The notes under the pieces are model-generated. The model was not told the DNA's origin and did no database searches. It saw only the letters and a program-made list of their open reading frames with translations. From an uncultured Actinomycetes bacterium (GTDB lineage: Bacteria; Actinomycetota; Actinomycetes; S36-B12; UBA5976): 64,000 bases of DNA. The stretch's first letter is position 1; every line of letters starts with the position of its first letter. This document shows positions 19,827 through 31,802 of the stretch, in pieces. Position numbers and translations under genes: made by a program. Location of the stretch: positions 66,108 through 130,107 of the forward strand of contig CAITJH010000044.1 in NCBI GenBank assembly GCA_903892635.1, written 5' to 3'.

Positions 19827-21298
19827 TAAGAAGCGGCGCGAGCTAGGGCCTTTGCTCGAACGTCGAGCGTCAAAGTCTCCCACGCTTTTTGATAGTGAGC
19901 ATGGTCAACAAGTTCAGCAACTTTCAAACCTTCGCGACCCATCGAATCTTGGAGTTCAGGATTTGTCAGAATCTCGATCACTCGTTGAGCAAGCGCTTGA
20001 ATATCATTGTCAGGGACAATAAAGCCATTGATTCCGTCTTGGATAACTGTTCGCGGTCCATATTTAACATCGTAAGAAACAACCGGACAGCCCTGTAACA
20101 AACTTTCTGTTACCGCTAATGCATACGACTCGCGACGCGAGGTCAGCACGGAACAACCTCCAGTTCGAAAAACCATCTCGGGTGTTCCGGTGTAACCCCT
20201 GAAACTTACTGCGTGATGAAGTTGCATCTGATCTAACACTTCATCAAGGCGTTCCCGATCATTGCCTGAACCCCAAATGTCTAGGTGAGCATCGGGAACT
20301 GCTTCAAGAATCATTGGCATCGCTTCAAACACATGATGAAGTCGCTTTACGTCAACGAGTCGACCTACTGCAACAATCTTGTGGCGATCACGTTCTACGT
20401 CGGATGGAGTTTCAACTTTTTTCACCACTGGTCGAATTGGATAGACCGGAAAATTTTCTCCGAAACGAATTTTAAGATCTTCAGCCTGATCTGGTGTTGC
20501 ACAAACCACAGCATCAGGACGATCGGCGTATGGATCGAGTCCATTTCGCATGCGAGGCGTAAGTATGCCTAGTGGTCCTTCACCGCGCTTGAGATGGTTC
20601 AAGTGCATAACAAAGATTTTTCCAAAATGATCAGGAAGCGTTGCAACAACCGGATAGGTATAGGGAGAATCCGAGAAAACCACACATCCCTTTGGCAGAT
20701 TCAAGCTGTTAAGCCAATCGACACGAGCTGTGACCATGTTGACTGGTTCAGGGTCAGAGGGGCGCTGAACTTTGGTTAAGTCATCTTCATCTACGCCAAA
20801 CCACTCACGCAGAATTGGATTTCCTCCAGTGTCGTACCAAATTCGCATTTTGACTTGGTTTGATTCCACATCGCGATCTACTTCAGCAATCAGGCGACCC
20901 ATTGGATCGTATTGCCATTCATGAACCATGCCGTTTGGACGTGGCTCAATAGTGAATCGGGCACGCTTCTTTCCTGTGACACGACGTAATGCATACTTCG
21001 TCGCATCAACCATAAAAGTGGCAGCAACTTCAATTGGATTCATGGGCGATTGCCAATATTTATGAATAATGACATCTGATGGAATCGTGCCGCCGAGTAC
21101 TCGACTCAGAGATTTCTTTTTGTAGCGACGATACGACAACAATGCAACGTGAATTTCCCACCCAGCATCATGCATCACTTGAAGCCGCTGAAACCAGGCC
21201 TTGCCAAGTCCGCCACCATCGCGTCGGAATGCCCCATAGACAAAGAGCGCAACAGGTTTTTCGGATTTCGACATAGCCTCAGAATAACTCACCAACAA
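19823..21298 (-). CDS. GT4-family (GT-B) glycosyltransferase, TagE-like
   Basis: 491 aa. C-terminal GT1/GT4 motif SRRESYALAVTESLLQGCPVVSYDVKYGP (E-x7-E). Convergent with the TagF-like gene and overlaps it by 4 nt. Confidence 0.75.
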   Translation of the reverse strand: MLVSYSEAMSKSEKPVALFVYGAFRRDGGGLGKAWFQRLQVMHDAGWEIHVALLSYRRYKKKSLSRVLGGTIPSDVIIHKYWQSPMNPIEVAATFMVDATKYALRRVTGKKRARFTIEPRPNGMVHEWQYDPMGRLIAEVDRDVESNQVKMRIWYDTGGNPILREWFGVDEDDLTKVQRPSDPEPVNMVTARVDWLNSLNLPKGCVVFSDSPYTYPVVATLPDHFGKIFVMHLNHLKRGEGPLGILTPRMRNGLDPYADRPDAVVCATPDQAEDLKIRFGENFPVYPIRPVVKKVETPSDVERDRHKIVAVGRLVDVKRLHHVFEAMPMILEAVPDAHLDIWGSGNDRERLDEVLDQMQLHHAVSFRGYTGTPEMVFRTGGCSVLTSRRESYALAVTESLLQGCPVVSYDVKYGPRTVIQDGINGFIVPDNDIQALAQRVIEILTNPELQDSMGREGLKVAELVDHAHYQKAWETLTLDVRAKALARAASY

Positions 21299-21392
21299 CT
21301 TGCTGATCTGTGGCTGACACGATTACACGGTTCTCGCTTAAGCCTTTCGAGACTTTCGTTGAAAGATAGGCTGATGTGGAACAGGAGCACAA

Positions 21393-23453
21393 ATGATCTA
21401 TCGAATCAGCAATAACGTACTCGCAATCGTCATCGCGGTGTTTGCTACGGGAACTCTTGCTGATCAGACCACTCGCACTTTCTCGCTGTCGCCAAAAATA
21501 TTTCTTGCTGTCTGGTTGCTGCTTTTAGTGAGCTCTGCATTTGCCTGGCGCAGGTTTTCAGTTTTTCGTACGACAAACACAGCACAACCACTGACTGATG
21601 TCACTGGAAAGACACGACTTTACGTCGCTATTGGCGCAATCTTTGCTGGCGTTGTTGCATTTATTTTGAATTCACTTAAACATGGCAGTGCTGCGGACTT
21701 ACTAACAACATGCGCAACCATTCTCATAGTTGTGGGATCCGCTGTTGCAATTTCGATCGCATTGCGCGGCCCATTGGTACCGACTAATCACTCGTCGTCT
21801 TGGACGCAGCACCTCAACGGGCTCACTCTGGCCGCTTGTGCTGCCGCATCTGCAGCTTTCGCAGCGATTACTTACAGACCTAATAGTGACGATCACTACT
21901 ACCTGAATCTTTCAACTTATATCTACGAACACGGTGTCATCCCGACTCGAGACACAGTTCTGAGCAATCAGATCTACACCGGCTACGCGCGTGGCTCTTC
22001 GTGGGAAGTTATGTGGGGCGCTTTCGGTTCGTTAGTTCACGTCGCTCCAGCAACCTTGCTCTACGTCATTTGGGTGCCATTCGCCGCGGCGTTAGGCGTT
22101 AGTGCACTTGCAGTTCTGTTTGACGCATTCGGCGTTCGTCACTTGAAAACTGCGCTGATCACAAGTTCAGCATTTCTTATTTTTGATGGTGCAAGTGGTT
22201 ACACATTTGGTAACTACCAAGCAACACGAATTTGGCAGGGAAAATGTTTTTATCTAGCCGTGCTTATTCCTCTGCTGATTGCATTTGCCATTAAGCTGCT
22301 AACGAATTTCACGATCCGAGATGCGGCTATTCTCAGCGCCATCACCGTCGCAAGTGTCGGTGCAACGACTTCCACATTTGTTACGGCCACTCCAATTTTG
22401 GCTGCAGGCTTATTGATCGCGCTCTTTACTCGAAAGACTTATTCAGTAATCGCACTTGGAATTCCGATCCTTTATTCGTTGTGTGAAGCATTGCTTTTCC
22501 GAAGCGCGCGAAACAGCGAAGTTTCTAGTTTGGGCTACCAGATCGCTGGTATCGGAACTCAAGTAAAAACTGTGATGGTTGCAACGAAATTGCATCCACC
22601 AACGGCATATGATTTGCTCACTGCAATTGCGCATCCTGGCTGGCATGCAGGGCTGTTTGCAGTAGCAATTGTTTTGGGTTGGCTAGGTATTCGAGTTCAA
22701 GCGGGACGCCTACTTATCGCAATGTGCTTAGGAATGGTCGGGATTATTTTTCTCCCTGGAATGCATCAGTTCATTTTGAATGCGACGTCCTCCAACCCAA
22801 TTGGTTGGCGGTTTATGTGGATGGTCCCAATCCCTGCTCTTATCGGAGTTGGAGGATCAACATTGATGGGCGGCATCGCTAATCCCAACGCTGATTCGTC
22901 ACAGGGAAAAATTCTTGCTGGAGCGTGGCTTGCTTTAGTGGTTCTCCTGCCGATGACCATCGGCACTCCAACGTGGAAAGTGGCACCAGGAGAGATTAAT
23001 CAAGCTTTTCTTTCTAAACCCACTCACCTAAGAGTCTTTAAGGGTTCAACTGAAACCGCCGAAATTCTCAAGAAGATCGCGCATCGTGAAGACATTGTGC
23101 TGGCCTCGAACGGCATCAGCTCGTCGCTCGCGGCAACAACTACCAAGTACTACACCGTTGCACCTCGTGCGGCTTACGCGCTTAACGCATTAGTTCGATT
23201 TCCTGAAGCACAGCCGCTTGCTCGAGTTGAACTTGGTCAGTGGGCAACGAATGCATCAACAAGTGGTGTCTCAGATGAGACACTCGCAAAAGACTTATCC
23301 CTGGTGCATGTTGACATCGTCTGTCTAACCCCAGATGAACAAGCGCACTACATTGGTTTGATGACATCGCTGGGATACACCAACGCTGTCAAGAAGAAGT
23401 TTCCGAGTAGTTCCAGTTTTATGTGGTGCGGCCGCACAACCAAGTACCAATAG
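21393..23453 (+). CDS. Large polytopic membrane protein with C-terminal soluble domain (possible GT-C-like glycopolymer transferase/polymerase)
   Basis: 686 aa with at least 12 hydrophobic segments and AGGAG SD upstream. Function is inferred only from neighbours. Confidence 0.5.
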   Translation: MIYRISNNVLAIVIAVFATGTLADQTTRTFSLSPKIFLAVWLLLLVSSAFAWRRFSVFRTTNTAQPLTDVTGKTRLYVAIGAIFAGVVAFILNSLKHGSAADLLTTCATILIVVGSAVAISIALRGPLVPTNHSSSWTQHLNGLTLAACAAASAAFAAITYRPNSDDHYYLNLSTYIYEHGVIPTRDTVLSNQIYTGYARGSSWEVMWGAFGSLVHVAPATLLYVIWVPFAAALGVSALAVLFDAFGVRHLKTALITSSAFLIFDGASGYTFGNYQATRIWQGKCFYLAVLIPLLIAFAIKLLTNFTIRDAAILSAITVASVGATTSTFVTATPILAAGLLIALFTRKTYSVIALGIPILYSLCEALLFRSARNSEVSSLGYQIAGIGTQVKTVMVATKLHPPTAYDLLTAIAHPGWHAGLFAVAIVLGWLGIRVQAGRLLIAMCLGMVGIIFLPGMHQFILNATSSNPIGWRFMWMVPIPALIGVGGSTLMGGIANPNADSSQGKILAGAWLALVVLLPMTIGTPTWKVAPGEINQAFLSKPTHLRVFKGSTETAEILKKIAHREDIVLASNGISSSLAATTTKYYTVAPRAAYALNALVRFPEAQPLARVELGQWATNASTSGVSDETLAKDLSLVHVDIVCLTPDEQAHYIGLMTSLGYTNAVKKKFPSSSSFMWCGRTTKYQ

Positions 23454-23456
23454 CGA

Positions 23457-24419
23457 CTATTCAGCGTCGCTGAGAGTCTCTTCGGTAACGTCGACGGTGA
23501 CATCCTGAATGACATCTGTCTCTTCATCAAGATGATCAAGCAAGTCAGACTCGTGTGCATCTGAATCAATCGTGATTTCTTCATCAGATTCACGATCAGA
23601 TTCTGCTGTTGTCTCGTCAATAACTTCTGGTTCAGGCTCTGGAATGTAGTCAGCAAGTCCACTTGCATCTGACTGTTCGTCTTCTACGTCATCAACAACT
23701 AAATCGATTACAGGAATCGGTGATGATTCCTCGGGACGAACCGACGAGTGTGCGCCACAACCAAAATTCATTGCCACGATTTGACCATCAGCAGCCCCGA
23801 ACTCGTTGGCACACAGGCCGAATGCCTGTCCAAGTGAACCACCGATCGCAATCATGAATCCACAAGTGGAACAAGATGCTGGAGCAGACTTTGCCATCGC
23901 AGATCGCGCACTATTTGGTCCATCGAACCAACGCGCAACCGCGCGCTCTACTCCTAATGGGCTCAAAATTTGTTCACGACCAAGCCCGAGTTCCCACTGT
24001 GCCGGATGTAGTACTGAAAGCTCGTCGGCTTCTTCGTCAATTCCAGTCAGACCTGCGGTTAGCCGTTCGTCATTAGCCAGCGTTGGTAATAAATCTCCAA
24101 CACCAAGATCGCCGGCTTCGACTCGTTCTGCCCATGGCTTCCACGCTGGCGGAACTAATGCGGCACCACTTGGCAGCAAATTAATTTCGCTAATAGTGCA
24201 TTCTGCTTGACCAGCTTTTGCTACAACCGAAACAGACCAATACCAACCTGGGTAGGCAGGATCAGTGCACTCGAATGTATGTTCAGCGATAGCCAAATCA
24301 TCATTTGATTCTTCAATTGCAACCGAAATTGCATTTCCTACATGACTAGGTGAAACAACTTCAAGCAGGCCAGAGCGCGCAAAGTCAGTCGCATCGTGCG
24401 CGAGAGTCGTGACAGTCAC
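23457..24419 (-). CDS. DUF3027-like protein with Cys cluster and strongly acidic C-terminal tail
   Basis: 320 aa. Cys motifs CSTCGF, GLCANEFG and GCGAHS. The last ~80 aa are D/E-rich. It is adjacent to csp, as in other actinobacteria. Confidence 0.6.
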   Translation of the reverse strand: MTVTTLAHDATDFARSGLLEVVSPSHVGNAISVAIEESNDDLAIAEHTFECTDPAYPGWYWSVSVVAKAGQAECTISEINLLPSGAALVPPAWKPWAERVEAGDLGVGDLLPTLANDERLTAGLTGIDEEADELSVLHPAQWELGLGREQILSPLGVERAVARWFDGPNSARSAMAKSAPASCSTCGFMIAIGGSLGQAFGLCANEFGAADGQIVAMNFGCGAHSSVRPEESSPIPVIDLVVDDVEDEQSDASGLADYIPEPEPEVIDETTAESDRESDEEITIDSDAHESDLLDHLDEETDVIQDVTVDVTEETLSDAE

Positions 24420-24456
24420 AAAAGTTCCTTAATAAATAACGACGGCAGTGAATTAA

Positions 24457-24840
24457 CTAGGCGTCAATTTGATCTGCAACGCCACGAAGCACAGCAACGA
24501 GCTTTTCGGTGTGCTTGTCATCTGGGTAGCGACCACGACGCAAATTGCCAGCGTAGTTATCCAGCAATTTAATGACATCCTCGAGAACAATCGCCATGTC
24601 TTCAGCATCCTTGCGGTTGCCCTTTGAAATACTTGGGGGCGCTTCGAGTACCCGAACTGACAAGGCTTGAAGTCCACGCTTGCCATCGGCAACTCCAAAT
24701 TCACAGCGAGTGCCATTCTTTAGAGTCAATGTTCCAGCCGGCAAAGCTGAGGCGTGCAGGAATACTTCTTCGCCCTCATCTGTCTGAAGAAAGCCAAAGC
24801 CTTTTTCAGAGTCGTACCACTTCACTTTGCCTGTAGGCAC
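24457..24840 (-). CDS. Cold-shock domain protein with ~60-aa C-terminal extension (CspB-like)
   Basis: N-terminus GKVKWYDSEKGFGFL carries the RNP1 motif, followed by VFLHASAL. At 127 aa it is longer than the canonical 67-aa Csp. Confidence 0.85.
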   Translation of the reverse strand: MPTGKVKWYDSEKGFGFLQTDEGEEVFLHASALPAGTLTLKNGTRCEFGVADGKRGLQALSVRVLEAPPSISKGNRKDAEDMAIVLEDVIKLLDNYAGNLRRGRYPDDKHTEKLVAVLRGVADQIDA

Positions 24841-25004
24841 GATCGTTCTCCTTGCTCGAAGTGCATGTGCAGTAACAACTGCCCTCTAAGCGTAAAGGAA
24901 TTTCGCCGAGAACCCCAATGCGTGCCCATTTCAATGGGTTTTTCGGGGGTTCCAGACAATTCTTCGATTAGTTTGCTTAACCTTTTGCGCGTAACGTTAG
25001 ACGG

Positions 25005-27284
25005 ATGAGCATTTCCAAAACGCAGGCGGCTTCAAAACCGCGTTCGCTCGCCGATGACCTCCGCGGTCGTGGCGATGACGAGCTCTGCGCTTTGCTCGAT
25101 GCGCGCAGGGATTTGCTTCATCCCATCCCTACCGACATTGGTCAGCTGGCTGCTCGCGCTACTACTACTCCCAGCGTGAATGCCGCTTTAGATTCGCTGA
25201 ATCGAATTCAACTCGATGTCTGTCAGGCAATCGCAGGTCTCGGCGACTCGGCCTCGCTAGACGAGTTACATGCCGGACTTGCACATGCCGAAGGGTACGA
25301 CGCCGACGCAATCAACGATGCCGTGGAACATTTGCACTTGATTGGTCTGTTGTGGGGCGATGGTTTGCACCTCGTACGAGCTGCTGCGGAATCATTTGGC
25401 TTGTACCCATGCTCACTTGGTCCAAGCTTCAGTGATTCACGCCGACTTGTTCGTGCCTATGCAAATGATCCAACACTCGTCACCGCAACACTCAGTGAAG
25501 CACCGGAACAATCGCGCGAGATCATGGACCAATTGCTGTGGAATCCAGTTGGCACGATGAAAAATGCTAATAGGCCCATTCGCCCCGAGGATGTGAAATC
25601 TCCACTTGAGTGGCTGCTTTCACGCGAGCTCATCGTTGCAACTGGCGATACAACAATCGTGGTACCTCGTGAAGTTGCTCTCGCGCTAAGAAATAACTGC
25701 TTACTTCCTTTCCTAGATACCAAGCCCAGTAGCGCGCTCGTAGGAAATCTTGACCTTGTTCGCATAGATCAAACAGGTGCGCATGCAGCACTCGATTTCG
25801 TCCATCTCACAGAATCTTTGCTGGAATCTTGGTCTGTTGAACCACCAGCTCAATTGCGTGGTGGTGGACTTTCCGTTCGCGATCTGACGGCAGCCATGGA
25901 ATTACTTCGAGTAAACACTCACATCACAGCACTGACGATTGAAGTTGCTTTTGTCAGCGGGTTACTTGCAGCCGACATTAACGGAGACTGGCTCCCCACT
26001 TCCGCTTACGACCACTGGCTTAATCAGGATGATGCAACACGGTGGGCAACACTTGCTCAAGCGTGGCTTGGTATGGCACGAGCACCTCACGTGGTTGCAG
26101 ACGAGGGTACCGATCGGATTAATGCATTATCGACTGGAGTAGAACGAAATTTTGTTTTAACGTTGCGTCACACAATTCTGGAAATTCTTAAGAACGCGCC
26201 GCTCGGTTCAACAACAACGGCTCAGGCTTTAGTTGGCTATTTGGATTGGCATCGGCCACGCAGAACTTCTGGAGTCCGTACACATTCGGTAACGGCGCTA
26301 CTGACCGAATCAGAAACTCTCGGAGTGACCGGCGCGGGGGCATTGACTACTTTTGGTCGCGCGTTAATCGATCACAGTGACGCAGCGCAAGCCCTCGCAA
26401 CGATGTTGCCCGCTCCGGTCGATCACATCATTGTGCAGGCTGACTTAACAGCACTCGCGCCGGGTCGACTTCCAGCGTCACCTCGGCGAACCATGTCAGT
26501 GTTGGCAGACATTGAATCTACTGGTGTCGCGACTACGTATCGTTTTACCGAATCATCAATTCGTCGCGGACTGGATCAGGGTCAATCGGCTCACGACATC
26601 GTCCAGTTTCTTGCAACCCTTTCGCGAACTCCACTGCCGCAACCACTGACTTACCTCATTGATGATGTCGCGCGTAAGCATGGTGCACTTCGTGTTGGAG
26701 TTGCATCAGTGTATTTACGTTGTGACGATGAGCAGCTCATTTCTTCGGTTCAGGTTGATCGTCGCTTGGCAAGCCTTCGGATGCGCCAAATTGCACCTGG
26801 CATTCTTGTCAGTGCGGCGCCTGCGGACATGGTGCTCGATAAATTGCGATCGGCTGGTTATGCGCCAGTTGCTGAAAGTGCGGAAGGCACAGTGCTATTG
26901 CACCGGCCTGACACTCGCCGTACCTCAAGTCGTACGGCACACACTCCAGTCACGGTCTCTAATGCATCACCACGGTTGATCGCAGCAGCGGTGAAAGCTC
27001 TTCGTGCCGGAGAACGTGCTGAAGATACAAAGTCCGCCGGCGAGACACCACGTATATCAACGACTGACACAATGTCGCTCCTCAATGAAGCACTGAATGC
27101 TCAGCGCGAAGTGTGGATTGGGTACGCAGATCGAAGTGGAATTACCACCGAACGAATTATTGAACCGTTAACAATTAGTGGCGGCTTTCTCACAGCATTT
27201 GATCTGCGTAGTAACGAAGTGAAGACGTTTACTATCGCGCGAATTACTGGAGCGCAGTACGCACAAGCCGAAGGACACGAATGA
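25005..27284 (+). CDS. Helicase-associated protein (XPB partner, Helicase_C_3-like domain protein)
   Basis: 759-aa ORF. Its stop overlaps the start of the XPB gene (ATGATGA). The pairing is conserved in actinobacteria (from memory). Confidence 0.65.
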   Translation: MSISKTQAASKPRSLADDLRGRGDDELCALLDARRDLLHPIPTDIGQLAARATTTPSVNAALDSLNRIQLDVCQAIAGLGDSASLDELHAGLAHAEGYDADAINDAVEHLHLIGLLWGDGLHLVRAAAESFGLYPCSLGPSFSDSRRLVRAYANDPTLVTATLSEAPEQSREIMDQLLWNPVGTMKNANRPIRPEDVKSPLEWLLSRELIVATGDTTIVVPREVALALRNNCLLPFLDTKPSSALVGNLDLVRIDQTGAHAALDFVHLTESLLESWSVEPPAQLRGGGLSVRDLTAAMELLRVNTHITALTIEVAFVSGLLAADINGDWLPTSAYDHWLNQDDATRWATLAQAWLGMARAPHVVADEGTDRINALSTGVERNFVLTLRHTILEILKNAPLGSTTTAQALVGYLDWHRPRRTSGVRTHSVTALLTESETLGVTGAGALTTFGRALIDHSDAAQALATMLPAPVDHIIVQADLTALAPGRLPASPRRTMSVLADIESTGVATTYRFTESSIRRGLDQGQSAHDIVQFLATLSRTPLPQPLTYLIDDVARKHGALRVGVASVYLRCDDEQLISSVQVDRRLASLRMRQIAPGILVSAAPADMVLDKLRSAGYAPVAESAEGTVLLHRPDTRRTSSRTAHTPVTVSNASPRLIAAAVKALRAGERAEDTKSAGETPRISTTDTMSLLNEALNAQREVWIGYADRSGITTERIIEPLTISGGFLTAFDLRSNEVKTFTIARITGAQYAQAEGHE

Positions 27285-28942
27285 TGACTGATGGACCACT
27301 GATTGTTCAGAGTGACAAAACGTTGCTACTCGAAATTGATCATCCTCTTAGTGATGACTGCCGTCATGCCATCGCACCGTTTGCTGAACTTGAACGCGCT
27401 CCGGAGCACATCCACACTTACCGTGTTACTCCGCTTGGTTTATGGAATGCTCGCGCCGCAGGACATGACGCTGAATTTGTTGTCGATGCCTTGCTGAAAT
27501 ATTCACGCTATCCAGTGCCACATGCACTATTGGTCGACATTGCTGAAACCATGGCTCGCTATGGCCGGCTTCGGTTACTGATGCATCCAACTCATGGCTT
27601 GGTCTTAGAAAGTTCTGATCAAACAGTGCTTGAAGAAGTCTTGCGATCCAAAAAGGTCCAGCCACTAGTTGGTAAGCGAATTGATGATGACACGGTTGCT
27701 GTACATCCCAGTGAGCGCGGACATCTCAAGCAAGTACTACTCAAACTTGGTTGGCCGGCCGAAGATTTAGCGGGCTACGTTGATGGCGAAGCCCACCCGA
27801 TCGCACTCGCCGATGATTCTTTCGAGTTGCGTCCTTATCAGCGCGAAGCGGCTGAAGGATTTTGGCACGGTGGATCAGGTGTCGTCGTATTACCTTGTGG
27901 CGCGGGTAAGACAATCGTTGGTGCTGCTGCAATGGCTACTGCTAAAGCGACCACGCTGATTCTTGTGACAAACACGGTTTCAGCACGTCAATGGAAAGCT
28001 GAGTTGCTCAAGCGAACAACATTGACCGAAGAAGAGATTGGCGAATATTCGGGAGCCCGAAAAGAAATTCGTCCTGTGACAATCGCGACCTACCAAGTTA
28101 TGACGACAAAACGTCAGGGTACTTACGCTCACCTAGAACTTTTTGATGCTCGCGACTGGGGTCTGATTATTTACGACGAAGTTCATCTTTTGCCGGCACC
28201 AGTTTTTCGATTTACCGCTGACATCCAAGCACGCCGTCGTCTTGGATTAACAGCTACGCTCGTGCGCGAAGATGGCATGGAAGGTGAAGTCTTTTCGCTC
28301 ATCGGGCCAAAGCGTTACGACGCACCGTGGAAAGATATCGAAGCTCAGGGATACATTGCTCCTGCTGACTGTGTCGAAGTTCGAGTCACCTTGCCTGATC
28401 ACGAGCGTATGGCGTATTCAATGGCCGAACCCGAAGAGCGCTACCGAATGGCCGCAACGACAAGTTTCAAAAATCGAGTCGTGGAAAAGTTAGTTGCGCG
28501 ACACCCGGACGATCACGTCCTAGTTATCGGCCAATACCTAGACCAACTAGACGAATTGAGCGAGCACCTGCAAGCGCCGGTCATCACAGGTCAAACTCCA
28601 GTCAAGGAACGTGAACGGTTATTCCAATCGTTCCGCGAAGGCGAAACACGTGTCCTTGTCGTGAGTAAAGTTGCGAACTTCAGCGTGGACTTACCCGAAG
28701 CCGGCGTTGCAATTCAAGTCAGTGGAACTTTTGGTTCTCGACAAGAAGAGGCTCAGCGCCTAGGTCGAGTACTTCGCCCAAAGGGCGACAAGCGCAGCGC
28801 CCATTTCTACACGATCGTTACACGCGATACGGTCGACGCAGATTTTGCAGCACACCGTCAACGGTTTCTTGCTGAACAGGGTTACGCATACCGAATCGTC
28901 GATGCGGATGACTTGCTCTACGGGCAACCAACCGAGGATTAA
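27281..28942 (+). CDS. XPB/Ercc3-type SF2 DNA helicase
   Basis: Walker A PCGAGKT, DEVH box, the XPB-specific RED motif (LVREDG), and helicase C motifs QVSGTFGSRQEEAQRLGR. Confidence 0.88.
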   Translation: MMTDGPLIVQSDKTLLLEIDHPLSDDCRHAIAPFAELERAPEHIHTYRVTPLGLWNARAAGHDAEFVVDALLKYSRYPVPHALLVDIAETMARYGRLRLLMHPTHGLVLESSDQTVLEEVLRSKKVQPLVGKRIDDDTVAVHPSERGHLKQVLLKLGWPAEDLAGYVDGEAHPIALADDSFELRPYQREAAEGFWHGGSGVVVLPCGAGKTIVGAAAMATAKATTLILVTNTVSARQWKAELLKRTTLTEEEIGEYSGARKEIRPVTIATYQVMTTKRQGTYAHLELFDARDWGLIIYDEVHLLPAPVFRFTADIQARRRLGLTATLVREDGMEGEVFSLIGPKRYDAPWKDIEAQGYIAPADCVEVRVTLPDHERMAYSMAEPEERYRMAATTSFKNRVVEKLVARHPDDHVLVIGQYLDQLDELSEHLQAPVITGQTPVKERERLFQSFREGETRVLVVSKVANFSVDLPEAGVAIQVSGTFGSRQEEAQRLGRVLRPKGDKRSAHFYTIVTRDTVDADFAAHRQRFLAEQGYAYRIVDADDLLYGQPTED

Positions 28943-28955
28943 AGGTTTTTTTGTT

Positions 28956-29492
28956 TTAGTTAGATGGTGCTGGGCAAATAATGTTGTTGACCAACATATT
29001 TCCAGTCGCATTGTTCAATTGAACATTGACGAATACATCGCCTGACGCAAATTTTTCAGTAACCGTCGCTTGGCCGGTGAGCGCAAGCTCGAGATAGCGA
29101 TCAGCCTTGACTGTGTATGACTTCGGGAATGATTGCGAGCACACAATAGGGTCGGCACCCGCTTGTGCAACACCGCCAGTCTTGAGGTGCTTCGCCAAAT
29201 CTTTTGCACCGTGTGAATTATTGCTCTGGCACCACGAACCAACATTTCCCTTGGCTTGAGATGGCGGGCTCTTCATGCACGAGAGATATTCATCAAAAAA
29301 TGCTGCAGTGGTTGACTGAACAATCGCCAATTCCGGGGAAACACTTGGTGATGAGCTGGCCGATGGCGAAATAGCTGGAGCGCTTTGTGACGATTGTGCG
29401 GCGCTTGTCGCTTTGCTCGATGAGCCAGGGATTGCACAACCCGAAAGCAAGACAATGCCTAATGCAAGTACGAGGCCTCGGTTGATGCGCAT
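28956..29492 (-). CDS. Lipoprotein of unknown function
   Basis: Signal peptide with lipobox LLSGC and a Ser-rich linker. 178 aa. Confidence 0.6.
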   Translation of the reverse strand: MRINRGLVLALGIVLLSGCAIPGSSSKATSAAQSSQSAPAISPSASSSPSVSPELAIVQSTTAAFFDEYLSCMKSPPSQAKGNVGSWCQSNNSHGAKDLAKHLKTGGVAQAGADPIVCSQSFPKSYTVKADRYLELALTGQATVTEKFASGDVFVNVQLNNATGNMLVNNIICPAPSN

Positions 29493-29639
29493 GCTAAGAA
29501 TCTATCGCGAAATTTCTAGATTCTATATTTGGCTCTTTACAGGATCTCGTCTGCCCAACAGTTCATGCCGGGCACACCAGAGTGTCGCTTATCTGTGAAT
29601 AGCACTTACGCCGTAGCGGGCCAGCGGCCTCCCTCGACT

Positions 29640-29993
29640 TTAGAAGGACTGGACGATGAAATAAGCGTTAACTGCGTTCAGTAGAGCAAGGAAGAGTGCA
29701 GGACCAAATAACGCAGCTCCATCTTTCTTCTTAAGGTGCGCTACAACTGCACCAAGGAAGTACAGTGACAAACCTGCACCAGCAAGTGCGCCAATGCTCG
29801 AATACGCTAGGCCAACCAATAAACCAAGGCCACCGGCGATTTCAAGATATGCAAGAACTGGAATTTGATTCGGCTTAACACCTACATGAGCCATCGTGTC
29901 CATGATCTGTGGCTTCTTTTGAAGCTTGCCTACGGCCGAAACCCAAGCAACAATCGCGAGAAGGACGGACATAACTACTGAAACAATCTGCAT
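29640..29993 (-). CDS. DoxX-family small membrane protein
   Basis: 117 aa with 4 hydrophobic helices. The family call comes from overall pattern only. Confidence 0.6.
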   Translation of the reverse strand: MQIVSVVMSVLLAIVAWVSAVGKLQKKPQIMDTMAHVGVKPNQIPVLAYLEIAGGLGLLVGLAYSSIGALAGAGLSLYFLGAVVAHLKKKDGAALFGPALFLALLNAVNAYFIVQSF

Positions 29994-30125
29994 GGCAATA
30001 AATTCCTTTGCTAGGCGCTTATACGCACCTCAATCCTCTCACTTCAAACGTGGTGACAAGGCACATGAAACACGAATGGCCCCATCGTTTCCGACGGGAC
30101 CATTCGACGTGCAGTTAAGAATGAC

Positions 30126-31751
<1,626 letters not shown>

Positions 31752-31802
31752 TTATTCCTTTGTGCCAAACGATTGGAACCGCTGCGGTTCCTAGGTTTTT
31801 GG

